Part shown: positions 48,941-60,020 of the stretch, piece after piece
Layout of the letters: every line of letters begins with the position of its first letter
How positions within the stretch are numbered: the stretch's first letter is position 1
From: Alistipes sp.
GTDB lineage: Bacteria; Bacteroidota; Bacteroidia; Bacteroidales; Rikenellaceae
Direction of reading: 5' to 3'
Assembly: GCA_045634125.1 (NCBI GenBank)
Contig: JAZQZQ010000025.1
Location: 49,941 to 113,940, forward strand
Length of the DNA: 64,000 nt
Notes under the pieces: generated by a model
What the model was told of the DNA's origin: nothing
Databases searched by the model: none
Seen by the model: only the letters and a program-made list of their open reading frames with translations
Translations under genes and position numbers: made by a program

Positions 48941-50836
48941 ATGAGCAAGATTATTGGTATTGATTTGGGTACAACCAACTCGTGTGTGGCTGTAATGGAG
49001 GGTAACGAGCCTGTTGTTATTCCTAACGCTGAGGGTCATCGTACAACCCCTTCTGTAGTGGCATTTACTGAGGGCGGTGAGCGCAAGGTGGGTGATCCTG
49101 CAAAGCGTCAGGCTATCACTAACCCTAAGCGTACAGTATTCTCTATTAAGCGCTTTATGGGTGAGCGTTACGATGCAGTAACATCAGATATCGCACGCGC
49201 TCCATACTCAATCGTTAAGGGCGACAACAACACTCCACGTGTAGACATCGACGGTCGTCAGTACACTCCACAGGAGATTTCGGCTATCATTCTTCAGAAG
49301 ATGAAGAAGACGGCAGAGGATTACCTTGGTCAGGAGGTTACAGAGGCAGTTATCACTGTTCCTGCATACTTCTCTGACTCACAGCGTCAGGCTACTAAGG
49401 AGGCAGGTGAGATTGCTGGTTTGAAGGTACGTCGTATCATCAATGAGCCTACAGCTGCGGCTTTGGCATACGGTCTCGATAAGAAGCAGAACGATATGAA
49501 GATTGCTGTATACGACCTTGGTGGTGGTACCTTCGATATCTCAATCCTTGAGTTGGGTGATGGCGTATTCGAGGTTAAGTCTACAAATGGTGATACTCAC
49601 CTTGGTGGTGATGACTTCGACCACGTTCTAATCGACTATATGGCCGAGGCATTCAAGGCTGAGCACCAGATCGACCTTCGTCAGGATCCTATGGCATTGC
49701 AGCGTTTGAAGGAGGCTGCTGAGAAGGCTAAGATTGAGCTTTCATCTGCTACAACAACAGATATCAACCTCCCATACATCATGCCAGTAAATGGTATCCC
49801 TCAGCACCTCGTAATGACACTTACACGCGCTAAGTTCGAGCAGCTTTGCGACCACCTTGTACAGAAGACTATCGAGCCATGTCGTGTAGCTTTGCGCGAT
49901 GCAGGCTTGCAGGCAAGCCAGATCGACGAGGTTATCCTTGTGGGTGGTTCTACACGTATCCCTGCTATCCAGCGCGTTGTTGAGGAGTTCTTCGGTAAGG
50001 CTCCTAACCGATCAGTAAACCCAGATGAGGTTGTTGCCGTAGGTGCTGCGATCCAGGGTGGCGTTCTTACAGGCGAGGTTAAGGATGTGCTTTTGCTCGA
50101 CGTAACTCCACTTTCACTCGGTATCGAGACTTTGGGTGGTGTGATGACTCGCCTTATCGAGGCTAACACTACAATCCCTACTCGTAAGAGTCAGGTGTTC
50201 TCTACAGCCGCTGATAACCAGCCAACTGTAACTATCAATGTATGCCAGGGTGAGCGCGCAATGGCTGCAGATAACAAGTCTATCGGTCAGTTCAACCTCG
50301 ACGGTATCCCAGCAGCTCCACGTGGTGTGCCACAGATCGAGGTTACATTCGATATCGACGCTAACGGTATCCTTAACGTATCTGCTAAGGACCTTGGTAC
50401 AGGTAAGGAGCAGAAGATTCGTATCGAGGCTTCAAGCGGCTTGACAGATGCTGAGATTCAGCGTATGCGCGACGAGGCTAAGGCTAACGAGGCTAAGGAT
50501 AAGGCCGAGAAGGAGCGTATCGAGAAGATCAATATGGCGGACTCAAATATCTTCGCTTCAGAGAAGAATCTTAAGGAGTACGGCGATAAGCTTCCTGCTG
50601 ATAAGAAGTCGGCTATTGAGGGCGCTCTTGCAAAGCTTAAGGAGGCACACGCAGCTAAGGATATCGCAGCTATCGACACAGCTATCGAGAACCTTAACGC
50701 TGCATGGCAGGCAGCCTCACAGGATATCTACGCTCAGCAGCAGGCACAGCAGGCTCAGGGCGCACAGGGTGCCGAGCAGCAGGGCGCAGAGCAGCAGGCA
50801 CAGCCTGAGGATGTGGAGTTTGAGGAGGTAAAGTAA
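48941..50836 (+). CDS. dnaK: Chaperone DnaK
   Basis: [25 protein letters not shown]. Confidence 0.99.
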   Translation: MSKIIGIDLGTTNSCVAVMEGNEPVVIPNAEGHRTTPSVVAFTEGGERKVGDPAKRQAITNPKRTVFSIKRFMGERYDAVTSDIARAPYSIVKGDNNTPRVDIDGRQYTPQEISAIILQKMKKTAEDYLGQEVTEAVITVPAYFSDSQRQATKEAGEIAGLKVRRIINEPTAAALAYGLDKKQNDMKIAVYDLGGGTFDISILELGDGVFEVKSTNGDTHLGGDDFDHVLIDYMAEAFKAEHQIDLRQDPMALQRLKEAAEKAKIELSSATTTDINLPYIMPVNGIPQHLVMTLTRAKFEQLCDHLVQKTIEPCRVALRDAGLQASQIDEVILVGGSTRIPAIQRVVEEFFGKAPNRSVNPDEVVAVGAAIQGGVLTGEVKDVLLLDVTPLSLGIETLGGVMTRLIEANTTIPTRKSQVFSTAADNQPTVTINVCQGERAMAADNKSIGQFNLDGIPAAPRGVPQIEVTFDIDANGILNVSAKDLGTGKEQKIRIEASSGLTDAEIQRMRDEAKANEAKDKAEKERIEKINMADSNIFASEKNLKEYGDKLPADKKSAIEGALAKLKEAHAAKDIAAIDTAIENLNAAWQAASQDIYAQQQAQQAQGAQGAEQQGAEQQAQPEDVEFEEVK

Positions 50837-50963
50837 TTTCTCAGGAGAAGGCAGACATCTGCTGCCGCTAACAAAAAGTCCCGACAATGAGCAGTACACC
50901 AAGTACAGCCCATCGTCGGGATTTTTGCCGAGCGTTGCATCTGCAGCCTTCTCCTGAGAAATT
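50835..50963. repeat. Fold-back element family B, copy B3 (129 bp, core inverted)
   Basis: Perfect 18-bp terminal IR AATTTCTCAGGAGAAGGC; minus-strand core GGGCTGTAC-ttggt-GTACTGCTC. Confidence 0.82.
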
Positions 50964-50976
50964 TCCCCAGATGACC

Positions 50977-51051
50977 CCTTCTGACAAGAAATTGGGTCTT
51001 ACTCCTAATAAATATTAGTTGCTCCCTTCTGACAAGAAATTGGTCTCGCGC
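50977..51051 (+). repeat. Two solo copies of a family B right arm
   Basis: CCTTCTGACAAGAAATTG at 50977 and 51025; matches CCTTCTGACATGAAATTTGGTCTTGCGC at 36542-36569. Confidence 0.7.
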
Positions 51052-51102
51052 TGATTTAAGTTTTATTTTTCACGTTTCATATTTTTGTATTATCTTTGCT
51101 CC

Positions 51103-51444
51103 GCATTTGCGCTCTATCGCTGCCACCGTAAGGTGGGGGAGGAAAGTCCGAGCAACGCAGAGCACCACGCAAGTTAACGGCTTGATATCCGTGAGGGTAT
51201 AGTAACGTAGAAGAAAATAACCGCCCGCAAGGGTAAGGGTGAGAAGGCGGGGTAAGAGCCCACCGCGAGGGTAGCAATACTCCTCGGCTGTGCGTCTCGT
51301 GGGTTGCAAGACCATGTATACCGACAATTAAGGGTTGCTCGTCCAATGTCGGGGGGTAGGTTGCTAGAGGCTGTGGGCGACCACTGTCGTAGATAAATGA
51401 TAGAGGCCTCGCAAGAGGTACAGAACTCGGCTTATAGCAGATGC
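51103..51444 (+). ncRNA. rnpB: RNase P RNA, bacterial type A
   Basis: P1 GCATTTGC/GCAGATGC; GAGGAAAGTCCGAG and ACAGAACTCGGCTTA (P4, compensatory); TATCTTTG promoter at 51091-98. Confidence 0.97.
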
Positions 51445-51451
51445 TAACTAA

Positions 51452-51483
51452 AATAGGTGTTTCCCGAAAAGGAAACACCTATT
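51452..51483. terminator. Bidirectional terminator between rnpB and pgi
   Basis: AATAGGTGTTTCC/GGAAACACCTATT. Confidence 0.8.
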
Positions 51484-51501
51484 CTTATAATTACTCAATG
51501 A

Positions 51502-52833
51502 TTATAGTCTTGCTTTAATCTTCTTTGACTCCTCCTCGTAGCCTGGCTTATCGAGTAAGGCGAACATATTTTTCTTGTATGCCTCAACGCCTGGCTGGTC
51601 AAATGGGTTTACGCCAAGGATGTAACCACTGATACCGCAACCCTTCTCAAAGAAGTAGAGCAACTGACCGATAGTGCGCTCGTCGATGCGCTCAATCTCG
51701 ATAACGAGGTTTGGGACACCACCGTCCAAGTGTGCAAGGCGTACACCAAGCTCTGCCATCTTGTTAATCTCCGATAGACGCTTGCCTGTGAGGAAGTTAA
51801 GACCATCAAGGTTAGCCTCATCAGCCTCCACCTTAATCTCATACTTTGAGTTCTTAACCGAAATAATGGTCTCGAACAATGTGCGCTCGCCCTCCTGGAT
51901 ATACTGACCCATAGAGTGCAAATCGGCTGTAAGGGTTACGCTTGCAGGGAAGATGCCCTTCAACTCTTTACCTTCAGACTCTCCGTAGAGCTGCTTCCAC
52001 CACTCGGCGATATACTGCAACTTTGGCTCGTATGAACCCAAGATCTCAATCTTCTTACCTGCCTTATACAACTCGTTACGCACGATAGCGTACTGTGCTG
52101 CAGGGTTCTGCTCGATAGGTGTTGCAACACCTGTAAGACGCTCCATATCGCGTGCGCCCTCAACAAAAGCCTCCACGTCGACACCTGCAACAGCTAATGG
52201 CAACAAGCCTACTGGTGATAGCACTGAATAGCGACCACCTACATTATCCTCGATAACAAAAGTAGGGTAGCCCTCCTGTGTCGCGAGGGTCTTGAGTGCG
52301 CCACGAGCCTTATCTGTGATAGCTACGATGCGCTCCGCAGCCTCAGCCTTGCCATAGCGCTTCTCGATCTCAGCCTTGATAAGGCGGAAGGCGATAGCTG
52401 GCTCGGTAGTAGTACCCGACTTAGAGATTACGATAGCTGCGATAGAGTAATCCTTAACGGCATCCATCAACTCGTATGTGTAGTCCTCAGAGATGTTCTC
52501 GCCAGCATAAACAACCGTAGGGTTATCGTGGTGTTTCTTAAGGCTCTCAAATGAGTTTGACATAGCCTCCAACACTGCTTTAGCACCAAGATACGAGCCG
52601 CCTATACCTATACATATAACTACCTCTGCACGCTCACGTAGCTTTGCAGCTACACTCTTAATCTCTCTAATCTCGTCATCTGTGATAGATGATGGTAGGT
52701 TTACCCAACCCAAAAAATCGTTGCCCGCACCCTCGCCAGAGTGTAGGAGCGCATTAGCACGTGCAGCCTCAGCCTGCATATCTGCAGTGATAGCAACGCC
52801 CGAATGCGCAGCATTAAACTTGATTAACTCCAT
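51502..52833 (-). CDS. pgi: Glucose-6-phosphate isomerase
   Basis: [35 protein letters not shown]. Confidence 0.97.
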   Translation of the reverse strand: MELIKFNAAHSGVAITADMQAEAARANALLHSGEGAGNDFLGWVNLPSSITDDEIREIKSVAAKLRERAEVVICIGIGGSYLGAKAVLEAMSNSFESLKKHHDNPTVVYAGENISEDYTYELMDAVKDYSIAAIVISKSGTTTEPAIAFRLIKAEIEKRYGKAEAAERIVAITDKARGALKTLATQEGYPTFVIEDNVGGRYSVLSPVGLLPLAVAGVDVEAFVEGARDMERLTGVATPIEQNPAAQYAIVRNELYKAGKKIEILGSYEPKLQYIAEWWKQLYGESEGKELKGIFPASVTLTADLHSMGQYIQEGERTLFETIISVKNSKYEIKVEADEANLDGLNFLTGKRLSEINKMAELGVRLAHLDGGVPNLVIEIERIDERTIGQLLYFFEKGCGISGYILGVNPFDQPGVEAYKKNMFALLDKPGYEEESKKIKARL

Positions 52834-52851
52834 ATAGTCTTCTTAAATATT

Positions 52852-53856
52852 TTAATGTAAAATCTGTGTGAGAGCCTGCATAGCCTCACGCGCTGAAGCA
52901 TGATTGTATAGCACCTCCCACACCATATCTGCAATAGGCATTTCAATATTACGACGCATAGAGCTACGACGGATACACTCCGCAGCGTAGTAACCCTCAG
53001 CGACCATTGTCATTTCGTTAAGTGCGCTCTTCACGGTACAACCCTTGCCAAGTAGCGTTCCGAGACGACGGTTGCGGCTAAGTGGCGAATAGCAGGTAAC
53101 GAGCAAGTCGCCCATATAGGCTGCTGAGTTGATATCTCGATTCTCCATAGGCACAGCTTCGTCGATAAAGCGACGCATCTCGCCAGCACAGCATGAGATA
53201 AGCACAGAAAGGAAGTTATCGCCAAAGTGCAAACCTACAGCGATACCCACAGCCAAGGCGTAGACATTCTTCATAATTGCTGCTACCTCGACACCGAGAA
53301 CATCGTTCGAGATGCTGCAACGGAAGTACTCGTTAGCAAGAACACTGCGCACAGTTTCAGCAGTGTCGCTATCCTCCGATGCTACAGTTAGGTATGATAG
53401 CTGACACTGTCCTACCTCCTCGGCGTGCGAAGGACCAGTTACTACCGCCAAATTCTGCATAGGAACGTCGTAGTAGCGATTCATATGCTCTACGATAGTA
53501 AGGTAGTCGCCTGGAATGATACCCTTAACTGCCGATACCACAATCTTATTTTGTAGGCTCTCTGTCAATGGCTCTAAGAATTTCTTGAAGAATGCCGATG
53601 GCATAGCAAGGATTACGATGTCGGCATTGCGCACAACCTCGTTGATATCTGCTGAAGGGGTGAAAAACTCGCGATCGATATAGCACCAAGGAAGGTACTT
53701 TGGGTTGCGGCTACGTGTTAGTAGCGATTCACGAATATCATCATTTAGTACCAACCAATCTACGTGGTGGTGGTTAATAGTAAGCGTTTTTACAATTGCT
53801 GTGGCCCAACTGCCATAACCCAGTACAGCACACTTGGGACTCTTGTTTGTATCCAT
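52852..53856 (-). CDS. gpsA: NAD(P)H-dependent glycerol-3-phosphate dehydrogenase
   Basis: GYGSWATA, GPSHAEEV, IMKNVYA, GDLLVTC..SRN; start at ATG 53856. Confidence 0.94.
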   Translation of the reverse strand: MDTNKSPKCAVLGYGSWATAIVKTLTINHHHVDWLVLNDDIRESLLTRSRNPKYLPWCYIDREFFTPSADINEVVRNADIVILAMPSAFFKKFLEPLTESLQNKIVVSAVKGIIPGDYLTIVEHMNRYYDVPMQNLAVVTGPSHAEEVGQCQLSYLTVASEDSDTAETVRSVLANEYFRCSISNDVLGVEVAAIMKNVYALAVGIAVGLHFGDNFLSVLISCCAGEMRRFIDEAVPMENRDINSAAYMGDLLVTCYSPLSRNRRLGTLLGKGCTVKSALNEMTMVAEGYYAAECIRRSSMRRNIEMPIADMVWEVLYNHASAREAMQALTQILH

Positions 53857-53927
53857 AAGCAAAAAATTATTCACAAAATTAGCAAAAAAAATGTGAAAAC
53901 TCTTGCAAAATGTCCATATCTTTTTCC

Positions 53928-53935
53928 TATCTTTG
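53928..53935 (+). promoter_or_regulatory. Sigma-A -7 element for the mre operon
   Basis: TATCTTTG, divergent from a TAATTTTG for gpsA (53882-53875). Confidence 0.5.
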
Positions 53936-54105
53936 CAAAGTAGTATTGCGATATTTTGGCTAAATGTGGTCTAAAATATTGAACTACAGATGGTTTTGAC
54001 CTGCGAGATAAAAAAGTGGTAGATGCATTTTTTATTCTGACTTGATGATGAAAAAATGGGATTTCGTGGGTTTGTACGGTATTGAAATAATAAAAAATTA
54101 GATAT

Positions 54106-55134
54106 ATGGGAATATTTTCGCTCTATCAGGAGTTGGCAATTGACCTCGGTACAGCCAATACACTGATTATGCACAACGGTAAGGTTGTAGTTGACGAGCC
54201 GTCTATCGTGGCTCTAAGTATCAAGACGGGTGATCTAATGGCTATTGGTCATAAGGCTCGTCTTATGGATGGTAAGACCCACTCTAATATCCGCACTATT
54301 CGTCCTTTGAAGGATGGTGTAATTGCCGACTTCGAGGCTACAGAGCTTATGCTTCGTGGACTTATTAAGAAGGTAGGTGCTACACGTGGTATGTTTGCGC
54401 CATCTTTGCGTATGATGATTTGTATCCCATCGGGTTCGACAAATGTCGAGATTCGCGCTGTGCGTGACTCTGCCCAGCACGCTGGAGGTCGTGAGATCTA
54501 TCTTATCTTCGAGCCTATGGCGGCAGCGCTTGGTGCAGGTCTTGATGTTGAGGCTCCTGAGGGTAACCTTATCATTGATATCGGTGGTGGTACTTCTGAG
54601 ATTGCTTGTATCTCGCTCGGTGGTATCGTATGCTCAAAGTCTATCAACGTCGCGGGCGATGTATTCACTAACGATATCCAGAACTATATCCGTCAGCAGC
54701 ATGGTATCCGTATCGGTGAGCGTACTGCTGAGGATATCAAGTGCGCTATCGGTGCTGCGGTGCCAGAGTTGGAGAATGAGCCAGAGGACTATATCTTCAC
54801 TGGTTCAAATATGCTAACTAACTTGCCACAGACAGTAACTTTGAATTATAGCGAGATTGCTTATGCACTCGATAAGTCGCTTGTGAAGCTCGATAACGCC
54901 CTTATGGAGGTGCTTGAGGAGATGCCACCAGAGTTGTACTCTGATGTTGTGAAGAATGGTATCTACCTAGCCGGTGGTGGTGCGCTTATCAAGGGTCTTG
55001 ATCAGCGTCTATCGAAGAAGTCGGGTTTGCCAGTACACATTGCTGAGGATCCACTTCGTGCGATTGCTCGTGGTACTTGCATCGCGCTTAAGAATATCGG
55101 CAACTTCTCATTCCTAATGGGAGGCGAGAAGTAG
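54106..55134 (+). CDS. mreB: Rod shape protein MreB
   Basis: IDLGTANT, DIGGGTSE, AGGGAL. Confidence 0.98.
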   Translation: MGIFSLYQELAIDLGTANTLIMHNGKVVVDEPSIVALSIKTGDLMAIGHKARLMDGKTHSNIRTIRPLKDGVIADFEATELMLRGLIKKVGATRGMFAPSLRMMICIPSGSTNVEIRAVRDSAQHAGGREIYLIFEPMAAALGAGLDVEAPEGNLIIDIGGGTSEIACISLGGIVCSKSINVAGDVFTNDIQNYIRQQHGIRIGERTAEDIKCAIGAAVPELENEPEDYIFTGSNMLTNLPQTVTLNYSEIAYALDKSLVKLDNALMEVLEEMPPELYSDVVKNGIYLAGGGALIKGLDQRLSKKSGLPVHIAEDPLRAIARGTCIALKNIGNFSFLMGGEK

Positions 55135-55214
55135 TTAACCTAATGGGATGGGCGTCGTTATATGTTATGTATAAATTGTGCGCTCTGAGGTTTTTATGAT
55201 TATAAATTTAATAG

Positions 55215-55249
55215 AGAGGCTGTCGGCATAGGGTTGTTAGACAGCCTCT
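55215..55249 (+). terminator. Hairpin between mreB and mreC (GGCTGTC family)
   Basis: AGAGGCTGTC...GACAGCCTCT followed by TT. Confidence 0.55.
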
Positions 55250-55274
55250 TTCTAAAGGTTCTATAGATTAGAGA

Positions 55275-56093
55275 ATGTATAGGTTACTTGAATTTATAAA
55301 GCGTATATATGTGCTTGTTATCTTCCTTTTTTTGGAGGGTGTGGCACTATTTACCTACGCTACATCATCGCCATATACCGAGGCTAAGATACTTGCGCGT
55401 ACTACAGCAACGGGTGCTGCTATCAGTGGCGCGATATCGAATGTGGGACACTTCTTCTCGCTAACAACAGAGAATCGTATTCTTACTGAGCGCATTGCAG
55501 AGTTGAATGCCAATATTGAGGAGTATGAGCGTACAGAGGCAGATGCTGTAATAAGTGATGAAGATTCCCGCTTTAAGTACCATGCTGCGCGTGTGGTGTC
55601 GATGACAACAAATCGCCCACAGAATCATATTATTCTCGATCGTGGCTCACTTGATGGTATCGCAAAGGATATGGGAGTTGTAACTCCAAACAACGAACTC
55701 GTAGGCTATGTCTTATCCTGCACAGAACACTACTCTATTGTGCAGTCGATGCTGAATACGCAGTTTAATACGGGTGGTTGCCTTGTGGATAATGGTAATG
55801 TATGTGTGATAGGATGGGATGGCTCTTCGAAGTATAAGGTGCAGGCGATGGATCTCTCGGTCTACTCTGAGCCTCATGAGGGTATGGCTGTTGAGGTGCG
55901 CTCGGAGCGTTTGCCTGAGGGTGTCTTGATTGGTCATATCGAGGAGTTCAAACTTAACAATACACAGACAGCATATAGTGCTACAATTGCTATTGCTGCA
56001 AAGATGAGCATGTTGGATAATGTGCTTATCGTGGAGAATACCCACTCTGGCGAACTTGAGGAACTTCATATACAGGTGGGGGATAATAGGTAA
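55275..56093 (+). CDS. mreC: Rod shape protein MreC
   Basis: TM helix, coiled coil, ILDRGSLDGI..DMGVV; synteny. Confidence 0.92.
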   Translation: MYRLLEFIKRIYVLVIFLFLEGVALFTYATSSPYTEAKILARTTATGAAISGAISNVGHFFSLTTENRILTERIAELNANIEEYERTEADAVISDEDSRFKYHAARVVSMTTNRPQNHIILDRGSLDGIAKDMGVVTPNNELVGYVLSCTEHYSIVQSMLNTQFNTGGCLVDNGNVCVIGWDGSSKYKVQAMDLSVYSEPHEGMAVEVRSERLPEGVLIGHIEEFKLNNTQTAYSATIAIAAKMSMLDNVLIVENTHSGELEELHIQVGDNR

Positions 56094-56182
56094 ATGGAGA
56101 CTGTTTGGTAAACTTCTCTGATTTGGAAGATGGAAGTGCTACCATGCACCAGATGAATAATAGATAAAAGTATAGAATAGAG

Positions 56183-56695
56183 ATGTTTAAGAGTATACTA
56201 TATTTCTGGTTAACGCTTGCATTGCTATTTGTCCAGATATTTATTCTTGACGAGATTTCAATGGCAATGTGGCTACGACCAATGATTTTTCCGCTTGTAA
56301 TCCTGTTGTTGCCATTTGAGCGACGACCTATATGGGTTATACTAGCAGCATTGATTTTGGGTATTGTGATGGATATGGCGTTAGGTGGTGCTGGTCTCTA
56401 TACCTCGACCCTACTTCCAGTGGCTGTTATACGTAATTGGATACTATTTCTTACTACACGTCGTAGTGTTGAGGCTGGAGATCAGACATCGCTACTCTCG
56501 CGTATGCCACTACGTCAGGTAATGATATATGTAGGTGCTATGTTGCTAATTTACAATGCGATGTTCTTCGTGTTAGAGTCGTTGTCGTCGGTTGGTACAA
56601 TGCAACTTATTGCAACGATAATTTGTAGCACGATACTATCTGTGGTTCTGGCGTTGCCGATTGTTCGTTTATTCCTAAAGAGAGTTGTTAGATAA
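56183..56695 (+). CDS. mreD: Rod shape protein MreD
   Basis: Hydrophobic 170 aa with GIVMDMALGGAG; synteny. Confidence 0.85.
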   Translation: MFKSILYFWLTLALLFVQIFILDEISMAMWLRPMIFPLVILLLPFERRPIWVILAALILGIVMDMALGGAGLYTSTLLPVAVIRNWILFLTTRRSVEAGDQTSLLSRMPLRQVMIYVGAMLLIYNAMFFVLESLSSVGTMQLIATIICSTILSVVLALPIVRLFLKRVVR

Positions 56696-58557
56696 TGGAC
56701 AGAGGGTATGTAAGATATAGGATATTACGTTTGATAGTGCTTGCTGTAGGAGCTATTATACTTATCCGTCTGTTTGCCATGCAGATACTCTCGGACGAGT
56801 ATGATGCAAAGGCAACGAGCAATATCGTGCGTACAGAGATAGAGTACCCTATGCGTGGTGAGGTGCTGGATCGTAGAGGTGAATATCTTGTTAAGAGTCG
56901 TGTATGCTATGATGTTATGGTAGTGCATCGCCAGTTGCCTAAGGAGGGTTTCGATACGTTGCGTTTGGCATCTATTCTTGATATCACACCAGAGTATTTG
57001 GAGAAGCAACTAAAGAAGGCTCGCCAGAGTCCACGCGCAGCAATACTTGTTACGAACTACCTTTCGCAGGAGAACAAGTTGCTTTTGGATGAGGGTAATT
57101 TTGTAGGTTTCCATACACGTTTCCGCACCGCGCGAGAGTATCCACGAAAGATTGGTGGTAACTTGTTGGGTTATGTAAGTGAGGTTACGCGCGACCAAGT
57201 AGATAGATGGGATTACTACGACGTAGGAGACTATATTGGTGTTGGCGGCGTGGAGTCGGCATACGAGACAGTGTTGCGTGGCGAGAAGGGTATCAGCTAT
57301 CGTATATATGATTCACATGGTGCTGTGCAGGGTGCATATAAGGATGGCTACGATGATATTCTTCCGGTTAAGGGTGCGCAGCTTACATCGACTATCGATG
57401 CTCGCTTGCAGGAGTTCGCAGAGGAGCTGATGGAGGGTAAGATTGGAGCGTTGGTAGCTATCGAGCCATCTACGGGAGAGATTCTTGCTATGGTATCGTC
57501 GCCAAGCTATAATCCCGATTTGATGGTAGGACGTAACCGTAACAATAATTACGCAGCGATGCTCCACAACCAGCGTCAGCCACAGTTCAACCGTGCTGTT
57601 AAGGCCAAGTATCTGCCAGGCTCGACATTTAAGTTGGTGCAGGGACTTATCGGTCTGCAGGAGGGTGTGTTGCGTCCATCGCAGAAGTATCCTTGTGAGA
57701 TGGGTTATCGCTATGGTAAGCGTAAGATGGCGTGCCATGCTCATAGCTCACCACTCGATTTGCGCGATGCTGTGGCTCATTCGTGCAACGCCTATTTCTG
57801 CTATGTCTTCCGCGATATGATTACCAACTCGAAGTATGGCTCTGTGAAGGAGGGTGTGCGCGTGTGGAATGAGTATGTATATAGCTTTGGCTTTGGTCGT
57901 CAGCTTGGTACTGACCTATATGGCGAGGGTAGGGGCTTTGTGCCAACCCCTGAGTACTACGATAGGACTTATCCGAGTGGTTGGAACTGGGGCTCGGTGC
58001 TATCATGTGCTATTGGTCAGGGTGAGTTGGGCTGTACGCCACTGCAGATGGCAAACCTTGCCGCTATTGTTGCTAACCGTGGCTACTATTATATCCCACA
58101 TATTATAAAGCACATTGAGGGTCGTGATTCGCTCGATAGAAAGTACTACGAGCGCCATTATACGTTGGTAGACTCTATCAACTTTGTCCCTATTGTTGAG
58201 GGTATGTGGCGAGGTGTAAATGTGGCAGGTACATCGGGTAAGGCGCGCCTTGAGGGCTGGGATGTGTGTGGTAAGACGGGTACTGCTGAGAACTCGAGAG
58301 GTGCCGACCACTCTACATTCCTATCATTTGCCCCTAAGGATAATCCAAAGATTGCTATTTCGGTATATGTTGAGCATGGTGGTTTTGGTGCTGCCATTGC
58401 GTTGCCTATAGCCTCGCTTATTGAGGAGTTGTATCTTACCGATACTATCATGCGTCCAAAGATGGTGGAGGATGTCTTGAACTTCAAGCCTAACTACGCA
58501 CCAAACTACGATAGACAGCAGCAAAAGTACGATGCTAAACGTAATAGTAAGAAGTAG
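56695..58557 (+). CDS. mrdA: Penicillin-binding protein 2
   Basis: SxxK (PGSTFK), SxN (HSCN), KTG; RGEVLDRRG. Confidence 0.96.
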   Translation: MDRGYVRYRILRLIVLAVGAIILIRLFAMQILSDEYDAKATSNIVRTEIEYPMRGEVLDRRGEYLVKSRVCYDVMVVHRQLPKEGFDTLRLASILDITPEYLEKQLKKARQSPRAAILVTNYLSQENKLLLDEGNFVGFHTRFRTAREYPRKIGGNLLGYVSEVTRDQVDRWDYYDVGDYIGVGGVESAYETVLRGEKGISYRIYDSHGAVQGAYKDGYDDILPVKGAQLTSTIDARLQEFAEELMEGKIGALVAIEPSTGEILAMVSSPSYNPDLMVGRNRNNNYAAMLHNQRQPQFNRAVKAKYLPGSTFKLVQGLIGLQEGVLRPSQKYPCEMGYRYGKRKMACHAHSSPLDLRDAVAHSCNAYFCYVFRDMITNSKYGSVKEGVRVWNEYVYSFGFGRQLGTDLYGEGRGFVPTPEYYDRTYPSGWNWGSVLSCAIGQGELGCTPLQMANLAAIVANRGYYYIPHIIKHIEGRDSLDRKYYERHYTLVDSINFVPIVEGMWRGVNVAGTSGKARLEGWDVCGKTGTAENSRGADHSTFLSFAPKDNPKIAISVYVEHGGFGAAIALPIASLIEELYLTDTIMRPKMVEDVLNFKPNYAPNYDRQQQKYDAKRNSKK

Positions 58558-58562
58558 AGCCT

Positions 58563-60002
58563 ATGTTATCCGATTATAATAGAAATAACCGCAGTAGCAG
58601 TCGTTCGCTATTTGGTAATGTCGATATGGTGGCTTTGGGTATCTATATCGCCATAGCCATCATAGGCTTGCTATGTATCACGTCGGCATCGATTGAGCCA
58701 GATACAACAAATTTCTTCTCCTCGAGCCATAACCATATAAAACAGCTTGTTTGGATAGGAATATCGTGGGTTATGGCTACGGTGGTGTTGCTTTTGGAGA
58801 GACGATTCTTCCACATGTTTGCATATCCTGCCTATGCTTTAGGTATCTTACTTCTTCTTGCAGTGTTATTATTTGGTAAGGAGGTTAATGGTGCTAAGGC
58901 GTGGTTTGAGTTGGGTAGTGTGCGCTTGCAACCTGTGGAGTTTGTGAAGATTGCTACAGCGCTGATGATGGCGCGCGTGATGAGCGACTATGCCTTTAAT
59001 ATCAACCGCTTTATCGACCTTCTGAAGGTTGCAGCGATTATCCTTATTCCATTTATTATCATTGTTTTACAGAACGATACTGGCTCGGGCTTGGTGTTGG
59101 GCGCATTCCTCTTTGTGCTCTATCGCGAGGGTCTGACAAAGTATGTCTACTTTCCGGTGTTGTTTACGATAGTTTTGTTCGTCGCAGCGATGATGTTCTC
59201 GCCGGTGGTGATATTTGTGGTGTTGCTCATTGCCTTTGTGCTATATAGTGTGCTGCGTGTTGGCGAGATTGCGGGGCATGTGCGCTTTATTGTGGGTGTA
59301 TTTTTGGTGGCTCTGCTTCTTGCGGTGCTTACACCACTGAGTGGCTATGCGGCGTTGATGATTGCCTGCGGTATCTCGGCTGTGGGCTTGGCTATCGTGG
59401 CGTTGAAGACACGTACGATGATGCTTCTTTGGCCGATATTAATGTTTATTTACGCTATGGTCTTTGTGCCAACTACGGACTTCCTCTTCTCGAAGCTTGA
59501 GCCTCATCAGAAGAATCGAATACTTACCTTCGTAGGCTTGGTCGATGATCCTAAGAATACGGGATATAATGTCAATCAGTCGCAGATTGCCATTGGCTCT
59601 GGTGGTATGTGGGGCAAGGGCTTTATGGAGGGCACGCAGATTAAATATGACTATGTGCCAGAGAAACATACCGACTTTATCTTCTGTATTGTTGGAGAGG
59701 AGCAAGGTTTCGTAGGATGCCTTGTTGTAGTGGCGCTCTACATAGGATTGATGTTGAGGCTTATGCGTATGGGAGAGCGAATAAAGGAGCCTTTCGGCAG
59801 AATATATTGCTACTCGGTAGCGGCAATATTGCTAATTCACGTAATGGTAAATATGGGTATGACCATAGGTCTTATGCCAGTGATGGGTATCCCGCTGCCA
59901 CTGATGAGTTATGGCGGCTCGTCGTTCGTAGCCTTTACGCTGCTGATAATGATTGCTATACGTTTGGATGCCTCGACCTCCGAGAATGATATTTACTCAT
60001 AA
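58563..60002 (+). CDS. rodA: SEDS peptidoglycan polymerase RodA
   Basis: LQPVEFVK, LQNDTGS, PEKHTDFIF, MSYGGSS. Confidence 0.96.
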   Translation: MLSDYNRNNRSSSRSLFGNVDMVALGIYIAIAIIGLLCITSASIEPDTTNFFSSSHNHIKQLVWIGISWVMATVVLLLERRFFHMFAYPAYALGILLLLAVLLFGKEVNGAKAWFELGSVRLQPVEFVKIATALMMARVMSDYAFNINRFIDLLKVAAIILIPFIIIVLQNDTGSGLVLGAFLFVLYREGLTKYVYFPVLFTIVLFVAAMMFSPVVIFVVLLIAFVLYSVLRVGEIAGHVRFIVGVFLVALLLAVLTPLSGYAALMIACGISAVGLAIVALKTRTMMLLWPILMFIYAMVFVPTTDFLFSKLEPHQKNRILTFVGLVDDPKNTGYNVNQSQIAIGSGGMWGKGFMEGTQIKYDYVPEKHTDFIFCIVGEEQGFVGCLVVVALYIGLMLRLMRMGERIKEPFGRIYCYSVAAILLIHVMVNMGMTIGLMPVMGIPLPLMSYGGSSFVAFTLLIMIAIRLDASTSENDIYS

Positions 60003-60020
60003 CGCAAAATAATAGATAGG

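Noticed and set aside
51070-51478. Minus-strand ORFs 51070-51327 and 51077-51478
   Set aside because: They are antisense to RNase P RNA and are spurious.
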